64,000 bases of DNA from Nitrospirota bacterium (GCA_963703955.1 CAVPGK010000011.1:64001-128000); one strand, 5' to 3'. Counted from the first letter of the stretch, positions 10,185-21,803 are shown. Program-made: numbers and translations. The notes: generated from the sequence alone by a model not told the origin.

Positions 10185-10796
10185 CTATTTCCATTCTACA
10201 CTCCGAATCATTTCCTTTAATTGTGCGAACGCCTTCGCTCTGTGACTGATACGATTCTTCTCGGCTGTAGTCAGTTGCGCCAATGTCTTCCCCAGGTCAG
10301 GGACAACGAACACCGGGTCGTATCCGAACCCATCTGTACCGGCCGGCAATTCAGCAATCACTCCATTAAGAATACCCCTTGCGACATCGACTTCTGGGGT
10401 TGATGGCCTGGCGACCGCGGTCACCGTCGTGAAGCGCGCGGTTCGCCGAGCGGCCGGCACTCCTTCTAGCTCACGAAGCAATTTACGCCAATTGTCTTCA
10501 TAGCTTGCCTGCTCGCCCGCATAACGCGCGGCGTAGATTCCTGGACGTCCGCCGAGCGCATCTACAGCCAACTCGGTGTCATCGGCTACCGTCGGTAGTC
10601 CCGTGTAGTCGGCAATGGTTACGGCCTTCTTCACGGCATTGGCCTCACAAGTATTACCATCTTCGATCACCCTCGGAGCATTCGGAAATTCTGCCAATGT
10701 CCGGACCTTGATCCCAAGGTCGCTCAGAAGAGCCGCAATCTCGGTACCCTTATGAACATTTCGCGTGGCCAACACGATTTCCTTGATCAGCGGCAT
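10185..10796 (-). CDS. rdgB: Non-canonical purine NTP pyrophosphatase (XTP/dITP)
   Basis: ATRNVHK, NAVKKA, PGIYAARY, GFGYDPVF, KNRISHRAKA; follows rph. Confidence 0.95.
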   Translation of the reverse strand: MPLIKEIVLATRNVHKGTEIAALLSDLGIKVRTLAEFPNAPRVIEDGNTCEANAVKKAVTIADYTGLPTVADDTELAVDALGGRPGIYAARYAGEQASYEDNWRKLLRELEGVPAARRTARFTTVTAVARPSTPEVDVARGILNGVIAELPAGTDGFGYDPVFVVPDLGKTLAQLTTAEKNRISHRAKAFAQLKEMIRSVEWK

Positions 10797-10908
10797 GCCG
10801 TTACCCAACACCACAAAAGAGGAACCACCTTATTTTTTAAAGCACGCATGCGCCGGGCACGTTCCAACTGCGTGAGCGCAGCCAGCGGTCCGCCCTCTTC
10901 ATTCCTCC

Positions 10909-11652
10909 TCACTCAAGACTCCCAATTAAATCCTTTTGCAGGGCGATTAGATTTTGGATGGCCTCCCAACCCAGCCCCAAAAACTCTTCCAGATCTTTTT
11001 TTTCAAACGGGACGTGTTCAGCCGTTCCCTGCACCTCTACAAATCTCCCTCGGCCTGTCATAACCAAATTCATGTCGACCTCGGCCAGAGAATCTTCTTC
11101 ATACGCCAAATCCACGATCACTTCTCCTCCGACCTTTCCCACACTTATGGCCGCAAGATAATCCGTGAGCGGCCGCTTCTTGATCAACTTCTTCTGCTTA
11201 AGGACGGTAAAGGCGTCTGCCAGGGCGACGAACGAGCCTGTGATTGAAGCCGTCCTGGTCCCTCCATCTGCTTGAATGACGTCACAATCGATCCAGATGG
11301 TGCGTTCCCCCATTTCAGCGGTATCGGTAACAGCTCGTAATGACCTTCCGACCAATCGTTGAATCTCAAGAGTACGGCCGCCCTGTTTTCCTTTGACGGC
11401 CTCGCGTTGCGTGCGATCGTGAGTTGCACGCGGCAGCATGGCATATTCGGCTGTCACCCACCCACGCCCCTTATCTTTCAGAAATGGCGGAACTTTTTCT
11501 TCGACTGAAGCGGTGCAAATGACTTTTGTCCCTCCCATTTCGATGAGTACTGAGCCTTCGGCATACTTGATGAAATCCCGAGTGATCTTCAGCGGCCTGA
11601 TCTGATCCCTACGGCGCCCATCTCCGCGCACAAGAGGCGCACCACGATTCAT
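10909..11652 (-). CDS. rph: Ribonuclease PH
   Basis: [41 protein letters not shown]. Confidence 0.97.
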   Translation of the reverse strand: MNRGAPLVRGDGRRRDQIRPLKITRDFIKYAEGSVLIEMGGTKVICTASVEEKVPPFLKDKGRGWVTAEYAMLPRATHDRTQREAVKGKQGGRTLEIQRLVGRSLRAVTDTAEMGERTIWIDCDVIQADGGTRTASITGSFVALADAFTVLKQKKLIKKRPLTDYLAAISVGKVGGEVIVDLAYEEDSLAEVDMNLVMTGRGRFVEVQGTAEHVPFEKKDLEEFLGLGWEAIQNLIALQKDLIGSLE

Positions 11653-11708
11653 GAAAATCTCCTCTGTGATCAGGAAATTTGGCATTATAGAGAAGGGAGA
11701 GGGAAAGA

Positions 11709-11873
11709 TCAATTCAATGAGGGTGGGCGGGATGACTCTTGGTCCTCTCCCGAGTCTCCCGTGCCACGTTGCCGGCGTTGATGGCCTAGATACATACGTA
11801 CTAACAGCAATCCAATAATAAGAGCGCCGACCGCAACAACGAATACGTTTTCATAGGGGAATAGATAAGGCAT
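11709..11873 (-). CDS. Small single-TM membrane protein
   Basis: One hydrophobic helix followed by a basic tail. Confidence 0.5.
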   Translation of the reverse strand: MPYLFPYENVFVVAVGALIIGLLLVRMYLGHQRRQRGTGDSGEDQESSRPPSLN

Positions 11874-12189
11874 GCCGCACTCCATGGACCCGACCGTCTG
11901 AAGATTATAGGGTCTGGAGATTATGGGATGCCACTCCAGGATGACTTGCATTTTGAATACAGCCAATCGATTATTGGACCACCGCCGCACAAATTTGTAC
12001 GCAAGTCTAGTCTGTGATCAGGCTGGGGATCCTAGTCGACAAGAAAAAAAACTTCTTTGTCCACAGCAAGTTGCGAGCTCTTCTTGGGAAACTGATCAAG
12101 AAAAATCGAGTCGGTACAAAAATTGCCCACACAACCTCTTCTTCGGTTGACACATCAGCAAAAATCATCGATGTTAGAGTGGCCCGCCT

Positions 12190-13266
12190 ATGGAAAACAC
12201 CAACATTCTCATTGTCGATGATGAACTTCCGATCCAACGGATGTTGGGCCGGTTGCTCGAGCAGTACGGGTACTCCTGCACACTCGCCTGTAACCCCAAG
12301 GAAGCCCGCCTTCGCCTGGATGAAAAGGAGTTCGCCCTCATCCTGTGCGACGTCAACATGCCGGGCGAGTCCGGGCTTGACTTGGTCAAGCATGTCCTCC
12401 AGGAATACCCGCATACTGCCGCTGTGATGGTCACCGGTCTCGACAATCCCCAACTCGCCGGTACCGCACTTGAAATCGGCGCCTATGGGTACGTCCTCAA
12501 GCCCTTTGAATCCAATGAAATCCTGATCAACGTCGCCAACGCCTTGCGGCGGCGACGCCTTGAGATTGAAAACAAGGCTCACCGGGAGAAATTGGAACTG
12601 ACGGTCCTCGAACGCACCGCAGCCCTTCGGCACGCAATCGACAGTCTGGAGCGCGCTGAAAAGGAACTGCGGTTGTCACGAGAAGAAACCATCCAGCGCC
12701 TGGCAATCGCAGCCGAATATCGGGATGGAGCCACGGCTCAGCATATTCAGAGGATGAGCCACTATTGCAGTCTGCTGGCTCGCCGGTACGGCTTGGATTC
12801 GCATCAGTGCGAACTCATTCGTATTGCCAGCCCCATGCACGACATCGGAAAGATCGGCACACCGGACCATATTTTGCTGAAACCGGGCAAATTCACACCG
12901 GATGAATTTAAAGCCATCGCCCTTCATCCAGAAATCGGTTACCGTATCCTGTCAGGCTCAGGCGCCGAATTGCTTAAGCTCGCCGCGACGATTGCCTGGA
13001 CCCACCACGAAAAGTTCGATGGCAGCGGCTACCCGCGGGGACTGTGCGGTGAAGTCATCCCTCTGGAAGGTCGGATTGCTGCCATTGCCGATACGTTCGA
13101 TGCCTTGACAAGCAAGCGCGTCTATAAACCCGCCTTCCCCATTGACCAGGCCATCGACATCATGCACAAACGTCGGGGCAAGGACTTTGACCCCGATTTA
13201 CTGGATATATTTCTCAACGAAATGGACGAAGTACTGACGATTCGCAACCAATATTCGGATGCGTAA
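12190..13266 (+). CDS. REC + HD-GYP cyclic-di-GMP phosphodiesterase response regulator (RpfG-like)
   Basis: IVDD...CDVNMPG...KPF receiver; MHDIGKIG; HHEKFDGSGYP. Confidence 0.93.
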   Translation: MENTNILIVDDELPIQRMLGRLLEQYGYSCTLACNPKEARLRLDEKEFALILCDVNMPGESGLDLVKHVLQEYPHTAAVMVTGLDNPQLAGTALEIGAYGYVLKPFESNEILINVANALRRRRLEIENKAHREKLELTVLERTAALRHAIDSLERAEKELRLSREETIQRLAIAAEYRDGATAQHIQRMSHYCSLLARRYGLDSHQCELIRIASPMHDIGKIGTPDHILLKPGKFTPDEFKAIALHPEIGYRILSGSGAELLKLAATIAWTHHEKFDGSGYPRGLCGEVIPLEGRIAAIADTFDALTSKRVYKPAFPIDQAIDIMHKRRGKDFDPDLLDIFLNEMDEVLTIRNQYSDA

Positions 13267-13290
13267 AGTGTCATGCGTTCAAGATTACAT

Positions 13291-13320
13291 TTGACAATCG
13301 AGAGGGAGTGCGGTTACAGT
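13291..13320 (+). promoter_or_regulatory. sigma70-like promoter
   Basis: TTGACA-18 nt-TACAGT upstream of the 13450 ORF. Confidence 0.5.
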
Positions 13321-13449
13321 AATGGCCGCGCATGCCGGTGAGTCCTCAGGTATTCCTGCCAGGTACTGCATCCGGTTTACTCACATCAGGTTGGTACCTC
13401 GAGCCCAGTCCGTCGACTGTCACGTTTAGAGCAAAAAGGGGTGTATAGG

Positions 13450-13935
13450 ATGAGCACGTCAAGCGTCACACGTAACTGGATTGCATATATCACCGAAGCG
13501 TTGGTCACTTCCGGAGCCATGCCGGCATGGGAAGCGACTGAATATCTCATCAAGAATCTATTCAGCGAGTCACCAAACCCACGGCTCCACGAGACCAAGG
13601 CCCCCTACGAAGCCATCTATCAGTTTCTCCATCGGATCTACAGCCCGCTCGTTGAAGCCGCCACACGGTCAGTGGACCTCCCGCTCTCTTCAATGATCCA
13701 CATTTTCACCGACATCAGCCTAATCAGTAATTCGGCAGTCTTGGTGGTGTACTTCCCCGGCGAAAATCAACCTCATCAACTCCTGTTGCTGGACTCCACA
13801 AGGGCCTGGGACCTCGTCTTTTCGGACGCCGAGGCATTTAACAAGTGGGCTGAAGAGCGCTATCGGTGGGTGGTCGACGCGTTGAAATCCACCGGGGTCG
13901 GAGTGCCTGCACCATCTCTTGTCGCCGGCATCTAA
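13450..13935 (+). CDS. Hypothetical protein
   Basis: Clean ORF with upstream promoter and downstream hairpin. Confidence 0.65.
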   Translation: MSTSSVTRNWIAYITEALVTSGAMPAWEATEYLIKNLFSESPNPRLHETKAPYEAIYQFLHRIYSPLVEAATRSVDLPLSSMIHIFTDISLISNSAVLVVYFPGENQPHQLLLLDSTRAWDLVFSDAEAFNKWAEERYRWVVDALKSTGVGVPAPSLVAGI

Positions 13936-14000
13936 TTGTTAGGCTTCTGGATCTGAGCGGTAGGATCTGATTTCGAGGTGTTCTGCTGACTCAAGGTGAT

Positions 14001-14037
14001 GGGTCCCCCCAGGAGCAGATCTGCTCCTGGGGACCCT
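14001..14037. terminator. Hairpin between convergent genes
   Basis: GGGTCCCCCCAGGAGCAG-AT-CTGCTCCTGGGGACCC inverted repeat. Confidence 0.55.
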
Positions 14038-14057
14038 CCTCTTCCTCTAGCCTGCGC

Positions 14058-17000
14058 TCAGTCCGGCTCATAGTTCAAGTTTGGCGCCAGCCACCGCTCG
14101 ATGGTGCGAAGATCCATCTGCTTTCGCAATTGGTAATCAACCGTTTGATCGCGCCCGATTTTACCCACCGCAAAATATCTCGATTCGGGATGTGCGAAAT
14201 ACCACCCGCTCACGGAGCTTGCGGGATACATCGCAAAGCTCTCGGTCAAGTGGATGCTCGTATGTTTCTCGACCTCCAATAGATTGAAGAGCAACCGTTT
14301 CTCCGTGTGGTCCGGACATGCCGGGTACCCTGGCGCGGGACGAATACCGCGGTACCGTTCGCGAATGAGATCGTCATAGCTTAACTGCTCCTGAGCACCA
14401 TATCCCCAGTCCTCGCGCGCTCGTTTGTGTAGAAATTCTGCGAACGCTTCCACCAGACGATCCGCCAACGCTTTAGCCATAATGGAATTGTAATCATCAT
14501 GATCCTTTTCGAATCGCTCACACAAGGCCTCAATCCCAACGCCCGCTGTCACGGCAAACCCTCCCAGATGATCAGCCAGCCCTGTTGAACGAGGCGCAAC
14601 AAAATCGGCCAACGCCTGATTGAACTGACCGGCTGGCTTTTCCATTTGCTGACGCAGAGTATGAAACGTGGTCAGAACTTTCGTCCGGGATTCGTCGGCG
14701 TACACTTCAATATCATCGCCCACGCTATTGGCCGGATAGAACCCGTATACGCCTCGGGCCGTCAGCGACCCGTGGCCCACAATACCCTGTAACAGCTCTT
14801 GGCGCATCTGCAAAAAGTTCTCTAGCCTTTTCGCCGATGGCAGAGTCTTCAAGAATACTGGGATATCGACCCCGCAGTTCCCACGCATGAAAGAACGGGG
14901 TCCAGTCAATGAAGGGGACAAGCTGGTCGAGCGGAACCCTGTCAAGAACACGCACGCCGATGAATGCGGGCCGAGGAAGATCTCCGGCTTTCCAATCTAT
15001 CGGCGTCTTCCGCTCGCGCGCCTGAGCCAAGGTCAACAGTGTTTTTGGCCCGCGATCCCGGTGCACCTGCCGTACGTGATCCTGATCGAGACGATTTTTT
15101 TCCGTGAATGCAGGCTTCAACTCAGGGTTAATCAGGTGGCTCACGACCCCGACCGCCCGCGATGCATCCAAGACATGAATCACCGGTTGGGCGTAGGCAG
15201 GAGCGATTTTAACGGCCGTATGGGCCTTGCTCGTCGTCGCGCCGCCGATCAGGAGAGGGACCTGAAATGCCTTCGCGCTTCATCTCGCGCGCCACATGCA
15301 CCATCTCGTCCAGTGACGGCGTGATCAGGCCGCTGAGGCCGATCATATCCACCTTCTTCTCGCGCGCGCGGTTTCAAGAATCTTCTCGCACGGCACCATG
15401 ACGCCGAGATCAATGACTTCATAGTTGTTGCACCCCAGCACCACGCCCACGATGTTTTTGCCGATATCATGGACATCTCCCTTGACCGTGGCCAATAGGA
15501 TTCGTCCCTGGGCCTTGTGCTGGTCGGACGCCTGCTTCTCCGCCTCCATAAAGGGCAGCAGATAGGCCACGGCTTTTTTCATCACGCGCGCGCTCTTCAC
15601 GACCTGCGGCAGAAACATCTTCCCCGAGCCGAACAGATCGCCCGACCACGTTCATGCCGGCCATCAACGGACCTTCGATAATCGTGCAGCGGCTCTGGTA
15701 TCGTTGTGCGGGCCTCTTCCACATCCGCTTCGATGTAATCCACGATGCCTTTGACCAGCGCATGTGACAGACGCTCTTCGACAGAGCCACTGCGCCAGGC
15801 ATCTTCCTGATCAACGGCCTTGTCCTTGCGCTTTGACGGTTTCGGCAAACGTCAACCAGCCGTTCGGTTGCATCGGGGCGACGATTCAGCAGCACATCCT
15901 CGACGCAGTTCAAGCAGGTCTTTGGGAATCTCTTCGTAGACCGCCAGTTGACCGGCATTGACGATCCCCATGTCCAGCCCGGCTTGGATGGCATGGTAGA
16001 GAAAGGCCGAGTGCATGGCCTCGCGCACGACGTTGTTTCCGCGAAACGAGAACGAGATGTTGCTGACCCCGCCGCTGACTTTGCAGTGCGGCAAGCTTGC
16101 TTTGATCCGGCGCGTCGCCTCGATGAAATTCGACGGCGTAGTTATTGTGCTCCTCCATCCCGGTGGCCACGGTCAGGATATTGGGATCGAAGATAATGTC
16201 CTGCGGGGCAAACCCGACCTCCTCGAGTCAAGAATCCGATAGGCGCGGGTGCAGATCTCGATCTTGCGTTCTATCGTGTCGGCCTGCCCTGCTTCGTCAA
16301 ACGCCATGACGACGACCGCCGCGCCATATCGCCTGATCAGTCGCGCGTGATTCACGAAACGCTTCTTCGCCCTCCTTCAGGCTGATGGAGTTGACGACGG
16401 GCTTGCCCTGAACGCATTTCAATCCCGCTTCAATCACCGACCACTTCGAGCTGTCGATCATGATCGGCACGCGCGCAATGTCCGGCTCGGACGCGATCAG
16501 ATTTAAGAAACGTCGCCATCGCCTCCGCAGAATCCAGCATGCCTTCGTCCATGTTCACGTCGATGATCTGCGCACCGCCCTCGACCTGCTGTCGCGCAAT
16601 GGCCAATGCCGCTTCAAAATCACCGCTCAGGATCAGCTTGGAGAACTTCGGCGATCCCGTGACATTCGTGCGCTCGCCGACGTTGACGAAGTTTGAGTTT
16701 GGACGAATCGTCAAGGGCTCCAGACCGCTTAGCCGGGTATAGGGTTCAGGACAAGACCGCACGCGGGGTCGGAGTCCCGCACCACCTTCGCGATGGCCTG
16801 GATATGCGCCGGCGTCGTCCCGCAACACCCGCCGACGATGTTCAACCACCCGTTTGTCCGCGAAATCTTGGAGGTCCGCCGCCATAATGTCGGGCGTTTC
16901 GTCGAAGCCGCCGAAAGGGTTGGGCAATCCCGCATTGGGATAGCAGCTGATATAGACGGGTGCAATCTGCGCCAGTTCTTCGATGTACGGGCGCATCTGT

Positions 17001-17767
17001 TTCGCCCCGAGCGCGCAGTTGATCCCCACGCTTAACAGAGGTGCATGCGAAATGGAATTCCAGAAGGCTTCGATGGTCTGTCCCGACAGGGTCCGGCCGC
17101 TTCGGTCGGTGATCGTGACAGACACCATCACTGGGACACGCCGGCCGTGCGTATGAAAATAGTCCTCGATGGCGAACAGCGCCGCTTTAAGGTTCAGAGT
17201 GTCGAAGACGGTTTCAGTCAATAAGAGATCGACGTCTCCATCCATCAGCCCACGGACCTGTTCGGAATACGCTGCCACCAACTGGTCGTAGGTCACCGCC
17301 CGAAAGGCCGGATTGTTGACATCGGGCGACATGGAGGCCGTACGATTCGTCGGTCCGATGGCCCCGGCCACGAAACAAAAGCGCGTTGGATCTTTGGCCT
17401 GTACTGCTTCGACCGCCCGGCGGGCAACGGTCGCTCCAGCGAGATTGAGGTTGTAGACCTGATCCTCCAACTTGTAATCGGCCATCGAGATAGACGTGGA
17501 ATTAAATGTATTGGTTTCAATGATGTCGGCCCCCGCCTCAAGAAATTGGCGATGGATCTGCTCGATCAGATCCGGCCGGGTGAGGCAGAGGAGATCGTTA
17601 CAGCCTTTGAGATCGCTGGGATGATTGGCGAATTGCTTCCCGCGGTATCCGGACTCATCCAGACGATGGCTCTGGATCATGGTCCCCATCGCCCCATCGA
17701 TGATTGCGATACGCTCGGACAATATCCGCTCTAAGTGATCGACATCCTTGTCCATTTTTCTATCCAT
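14058..17767 (-). CDS. metH: Cobalamin-dependent methionine synthase, many frameshifts (likely sequencing error, possibly pseudogene)
   Basis: [77 protein letters not shown] spread over frames in the correct order. Confidence 0.95.
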
Positions 17768-17851
17768 AGATTAGATACCATCGGCCTGGTGACTATACTG
17801 GATCGATTGCCGACCTCGCAAGGTAAGCCATTCAGAGCCGGCCGCGCTGTC

Positions 17852-17880
17852 TTGACATTACTTTGACCCGCCGATACGAT
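17852..17880 (+). promoter_or_regulatory. sigma70 promoter
   Basis: TTGACA-17 nt-TACGAT; implies the next gene starts at about 17890. Confidence 0.65.
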
Positions 17881-17889
17881 GCTTGCACA

Positions 17890-18690
17890 GTGTTGGATCA
17901 ACGATTGAGACATGTTCCTTCCTCTTTCATTATCCCATACCTTTTCTCGAGCGTTCTCCTTCACGCTTACATTTTTGTCCCGACCTGGGCCGTCGCTGAA
18001 CCCTACTTTGAAGATGGATTTATCGGGTTGGCGCAAAGCGAGTTGCGCGAAAAACTCGGGCCGCCCCAGGCGGTTCGCGACCGTAAGGCCGCGTTGCGCG
18101 TATTCAATTACTATTCATTTAATGACTGGGAAGCGTATTACAAGAAGCTGGTCGCTCCTCAGAATGGAGAGGATGTCTACAAGTATAAACGAGATGGGAT
18201 TGATATACGGTATTCATTCGGCTATGCACTTGATCCAAATGACTCGAGCGAGTCGCCCACGCTTCACGTCAAACTGGTTGACATTGAGTTCTCGCCATCC
18301 GTGCCCTTGGAGCGAATTCCGGCCATTGTCCCGGAGTTCCGCCCGCCGGCGGAGCCGACCGCCCCGGCCTTTCGGTCGAACATTTGGGTCCTTGTATTTA
18401 AGGGGCCGCCATCACCCAATGCGCGGGAAATTGTACTGGAGCGGGGCAGAGAGAATCTGGACTGGTCGCTGGCGTATCAAATGTTTTCAATGCAAGGGCT
18501 ACCTGAGTTTTTGACGGCCAGAGTGCCGATTGATCGAATGGAGATCAGCGCCCAGAGTATTCAACTGATTCGGGAACGCCAGCGTTTGACGCATGAGCCT
18601 ATCATGAATCCATTTTCCTTGGAATTCGCCCAGCGCCCGTCCCCTGCGCCGACGACTAAGAAAATTCCCGTGCCGAAATACGCCGACTAG
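17890..18690 (+). CDS. Exported hypothetical protein
   Basis: Long ORF with signal-like N-terminus (…WAVA-E); start uncertain. Confidence 0.7.
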   Translation: MLDQRLRHVPSSFIIPYLFSSVLLHAYIFVPTWAVAEPYFEDGFIGLAQSELREKLGPPQAVRDRKAALRVFNYYSFNDWEAYYKKLVAPQNGEDVYKYKRDGIDIRYSFGYALDPNDSSESPTLHVKLVDIEFSPSVPLERIPAIVPEFRPPAEPTAPAFRSNIWVLVFKGPPSPNAREIVLERGRENLDWSLAYQMFSMQGLPEFLTARVPIDRMEISAQSIQLIRERQRLTHEPIMNPFSLEFAQRPSPAPTTKKIPVPKYAD

Positions 18691-18801
18691 CGCCGATCCG
18701 ACTTTTTTCACTTCGCCTCCATTCACTTTGTCCTGGCGGAGCGCGTTTCTGTCGAGAATCTTGGCGAATAGTCGCCTGGCTCTAGCCGCACGAGCACGGA
18801 T

Positions 18802-19161
18802 CTATCCATCGTCGTATCTGATATCTGTCGAATCCCCCAGAGAGAGATAGGGCTCGCCCCATTGATTTGGGCTCTCTATGTCCCAATCTTCCGCCAGTGA
18901 GACAGGCTTTAGACGAATTCCCCAGATGCCACCATAGACCAGGTGAGTTAGGCCGGCTCCGGAATCCTCGACGAGTTGAGCAAGGGCTGGACAGCACGGA
19001 TTCTCGGGATCGTCACTCCATCCTGTCACCCAACACCATTCGCCTTGTGCGCTGCGCTCATGACTCTTGACTTGAATGATCTGCCGAGCCGGTCCGATCT
19101 CGTGAAACCGAGCGAAGACTCCCTGCTCACAATTCGAATTGCTTTCAACTTCAACCAGCAT
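18802..19161 (-). CDS. Hypothetical protein
   Basis: Protein-like ORF with ATG start. Confidence 0.65.
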   Translation of the reverse strand: MLVEVESNSNCEQGVFARFHEIGPARQIIQVKSHERSAQGEWCWVTGWSDDPENPCCPALAQLVEDSGAGLTHLVYGGIWGIRLKPVSLAEDWDIESPNQWGEPYLSLGDSTDIRYDDG

Positions 19162-19329
19162 CGGATCTCAGCCTTGCTTTCGGACCAAGAAAACGGTATC
19201 TCCCTTCATTCTATCTCTCAGAGAGGTAGGTTCCGTCACGCAAGCGTAAAAGGGCAGTTCAGGCTTTCCCTCTCTTCCCCTTCTTGACTGCGGCGTTACG
19301 CCGCTGCTAGAGTAATTGCCCTCAACCCA

Positions 19330-19848
19330 ATGGCACCACAAAGTCCGACACAGAACACTCCCCCACATGCGGGTCTTGCGTCCATTGGGGTCACCCCTGA
19401 CACGTCCGCGGATTCGGACAATATCTTTCAGCCCGCACCGAAGCCCTTTTTGTGTCGCCGCCCGGTTCGCATTGGGATCTATATTTTTCTCGCCCTCGTG
19501 CTCCTGTTCATGATTGGTTGGCGATACATTCCTGGATGGCTGGACCCCACGTTTGAGAAACACATCGCTGAGAAACGGGTGATGGTCGGGATGAGCCGTC
19601 AGCAGGTGCTAAAGGCGTGGGGCTCGCCGTACACGATGAACGTCTCGCATACCAACGACGGGATTCGTCGCGAGGAGTGGATCTACGAAGACTGGGAAAG
19701 CCCGTCGGATGTGAAGCACCGGTATCTGTACTTTGAAGAGGGCACGCTCATCGGCGGCTGGTACTATTCTTCCGATCCCGGGAAGAAAGCTGCTCCGCCG
19801 AAACGCTCTTTTCACGACCCCAAGGCTCTCAAAGAGCTGGAAAATTAG
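19330..19848 (+). CDS. Membrane-anchored BamE/SmpA-like fold protein
   Basis: TM helix then GMSRQQVLKAWGSP...EEWIY...YLYFEEG. Confidence 0.65.
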   Translation: MAPQSPTQNTPPHAGLASIGVTPDTSADSDNIFQPAPKPFLCRRPVRIGIYIFLALVLLFMIGWRYIPGWLDPTFEKHIAEKRVMVGMSRQQVLKAWGSPYTMNVSHTNDGIRREEWIYEDWESPSDVKHRYLYFEEGTLIGGWYYSSDPGKKAAPPKRSFHDPKALKELEN

Positions 19849-20078
19849 CGGTCGCGACGACGCGTATCCGCTATTGCACCCTTCAGAATCTCGCCTACCA
19901 AGGTTCGAGCTCGGTCAAGATCAGATTCATGGACCATGACGACGCAGGTTATGCCGCCGTACAAACTGCCGAAGTGCTCGTTCTGGACAAAGTAGGGGAT
20001 GTTGCTCCCATCCAGGAGGCTTTTCATTAACACCAGTTCCCCCGTGTCCTTCGGTTCAATCAGCTTGGCCAATCCCAT
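19845..20078 (-). CDS. DUF2007-like small protein
   Basis: MKSLLDGSNIPYFVQNE...VMVHESDLDRA pattern. Confidence 0.7.
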   Translation of the reverse strand: MGLAKLIEPKDTGELVLMKSLLDGSNIPYFVQNEHFGSLYGGITCVVMVHESDLDRARTLVGEILKGAIADTRRRDR

Positions 20079-20086
20079 ATGACCCT

Positions 20087-20530
20087 TTAGGGAACGGAGG
20101 ATTCGCTCATCTGCCGGTCAAGTTCATCGAAGAAGATTCGAATATTGCGGGCATTCTGACCGAAATCACCCCGCCCTACCCGGGAGGCCGACCGGACATG
20201 AACGATCGTTCTTTCCGACTGCTCTGCGATTCGGATCAGGACATCGTCCACAAACCGAAGAACCAAGGTCCTGGCTTCGGCACGAATCTCACCCTGCTCC
20301 TCCGTATACTTCACCAGCGACCATCGCGGCAAGCGGTTGACTACATGCAGAGCTGCGTCGAAGACCCGGGTCGTCGTCGCGCGATAGACGTGCGGGGTGA
20401 TATCGGAATATTCCGGTGTGCGTCCCGTCTCGACTACGTTGATCATCGGCCATTGCCGCAGCAACACTGCTGACACGCCGATGATGCCCAGCAACAAAAG
20501 GCCGAAGGCGGTCATGATCTTGCCACTCAA
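20087..20530 (-). CDS. DUF1499 family protein
   Basis: LRFVDDV...VHVRSASRVGRGDFGQNARNI. Confidence 0.85.
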   Translation of the reverse strand: MSGKIMTAFGLLLLGIIGVSAVLLRQWPMINVVETGRTPEYSDITPHVYRATTTRVFDAALHVVNRLPRWSLVKYTEEQGEIRAEARTLVLRFVDDVLIRIAEQSERTIVHVRSASRVGRGDFGQNARNIRIFFDELDRQMSESSVP

Positions 20531-20697
20531 GCGCGCACCCTTGTCATCTCTCGCAAGACTGGTATCATTCTACGGGGATGACGAAGAGTTCCGCAATCGA
20601 TGGGTCAGGCGCTGCGTTGATTTTCTTCCGAATGGTGCATACAGTGGGCGTCGCGTCCAGGACGGTTGAAGGCAGAGATTGGATCGAGAAGGGACGA

Positions 20698-20982
20698 TCA
20701 GGGAGTTTCGGTGATCTGGACCCGGCGCTCTTTCCCGGGACCTCCCGAAACCGTCAGGACCCGCTTCCACTCTCGCACCTGATAGATGGCCCACGCGTTC
20801 GGTTGCCCCTTGTACAGCGCGTCCGGATCCTCGCCGGATGCATTGAGGTGGATGGGTTCCGTAAACCCTTCGTCGAGGACATAGTCCAACAGGCAGTCCG
20901 TGGTGAAGCCCTTGCCTCGGAGAGAGATATCCGCGAGCAGATTCAAAATGTCCTCTGATTGCTGAATAGTAATGGGGTCCAT
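20698..20982 (-). CDS. Hypothetical protein
   Basis: GGAGG RBS, clean 94-aa ORF. Confidence 0.7.
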   Translation of the reverse strand: MDPITIQQSEDILNLLADISLRGKGFTTDCLLDYVLDEGFTEPIHLNASGEDPDALYKGQPNAWAIYQVREWKRVLTVSGGPGKERRVQITETP

Positions 20983-21014
20983 GCAAAGCCTCCAACTTCG
21001 AGCGGATTGTATCG

Positions 21015-21803
21015 ATGGCCAATGAGGGAAAGCAAGGTATCACCGTGAAGAACCAAAAGACGAACCCTTTCAGGGAACGGCTCCTTCGCATCATGGATCA
21101 CAAACATCATTGGGCTTGGTCCTATTTCGGCGGTAACGCGCTCACCAAAGCCCAACTAAGAATCCATTTTCAGCAGGAGTATGTTGTCTACGTGCGCGAC
21201 TTTCCCGTGTTCCTTGCTCGCATCCATGGACAGAATCCTCCTCCTGACGTCCGGCGGATGCTCGCCGAGAACATTTACGAAGAGGATACCGGCGGGCTTT
21301 CAGTAGGACGTTCTCACCCTGACCTTTTTTTGATGATGATGGAAGGATTAGGGTACGCTCCGGAAGACTTTCAAAACATCACCATGTTTCCGGCCAGCCG
21401 CTTGTACAGACAGTGGCTGGATCGCGTCTCCGCCAATAAGGATTGGGTGGTCGGTGCAGCGGCTCTGACGATTTTTGTCGAAGGCAGCATCAATGACCGC
21501 CAGGAAATCCTTACCCCCTCATCGCCTAAAAAACCGGCTGAGGTCGAGGACGTTGTCAAGAGACATCCCCTCGTCCAACATTACGGACTGTCCCCGGACC
21601 GTATGGACCTCGTCCGCGCTCATCAGATGGTCGAAGCAGGACACCGCCACGACGCGTATCACATGATCGTCAACCATGCCATGGGACCAGGGCAGCAAAG
21701 CCAGGTGGTCGCCTGCCTAACGAAATCATTGCGCTTGTGGTTACGGTATAGAGACGGCATCGCGCGCGCTTGCGGATTGAAGAAGCGTGTCACGGGAACA
21801 TGA
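21015..21803 (+). CDS. PqqC/CADD/TenA-like heme-oxygenase-fold iron redox protein
   Basis: ENIYEEDTG...H, FVEG, H...EAGH ligand pattern; start 21015 or 21045. Confidence 0.8.
   Translation: MANEGKQGITVKNQKTNPFRERLLRIMDHKHHWAWSYFGGNALTKAQLRIHFQQEYVVYVRDFPVFLARIHGQNPPPDVRRMLAENIYEEDTGGLSVGRSHPDLFLMMMEGLGYAPEDFQNITMFPASRLYRQWLDRVSANKDWVVGAAALTIFVEGSINDRQEILTPSSPKKPAEVEDVVKRHPLVQHYGLSPDRMDLVRAHQMVEAGHRHDAYHMIVNHAMGPGQQSQVVACLTKSLRLWLRYRDGIARACGLKKRVTGT

Noticed and set aside
17768..17860. SAM or cobalamin riboswitch upstream of metH
   Set aside because: Region is short, holds a divergent promoter and lacks recognisable consensus blocks
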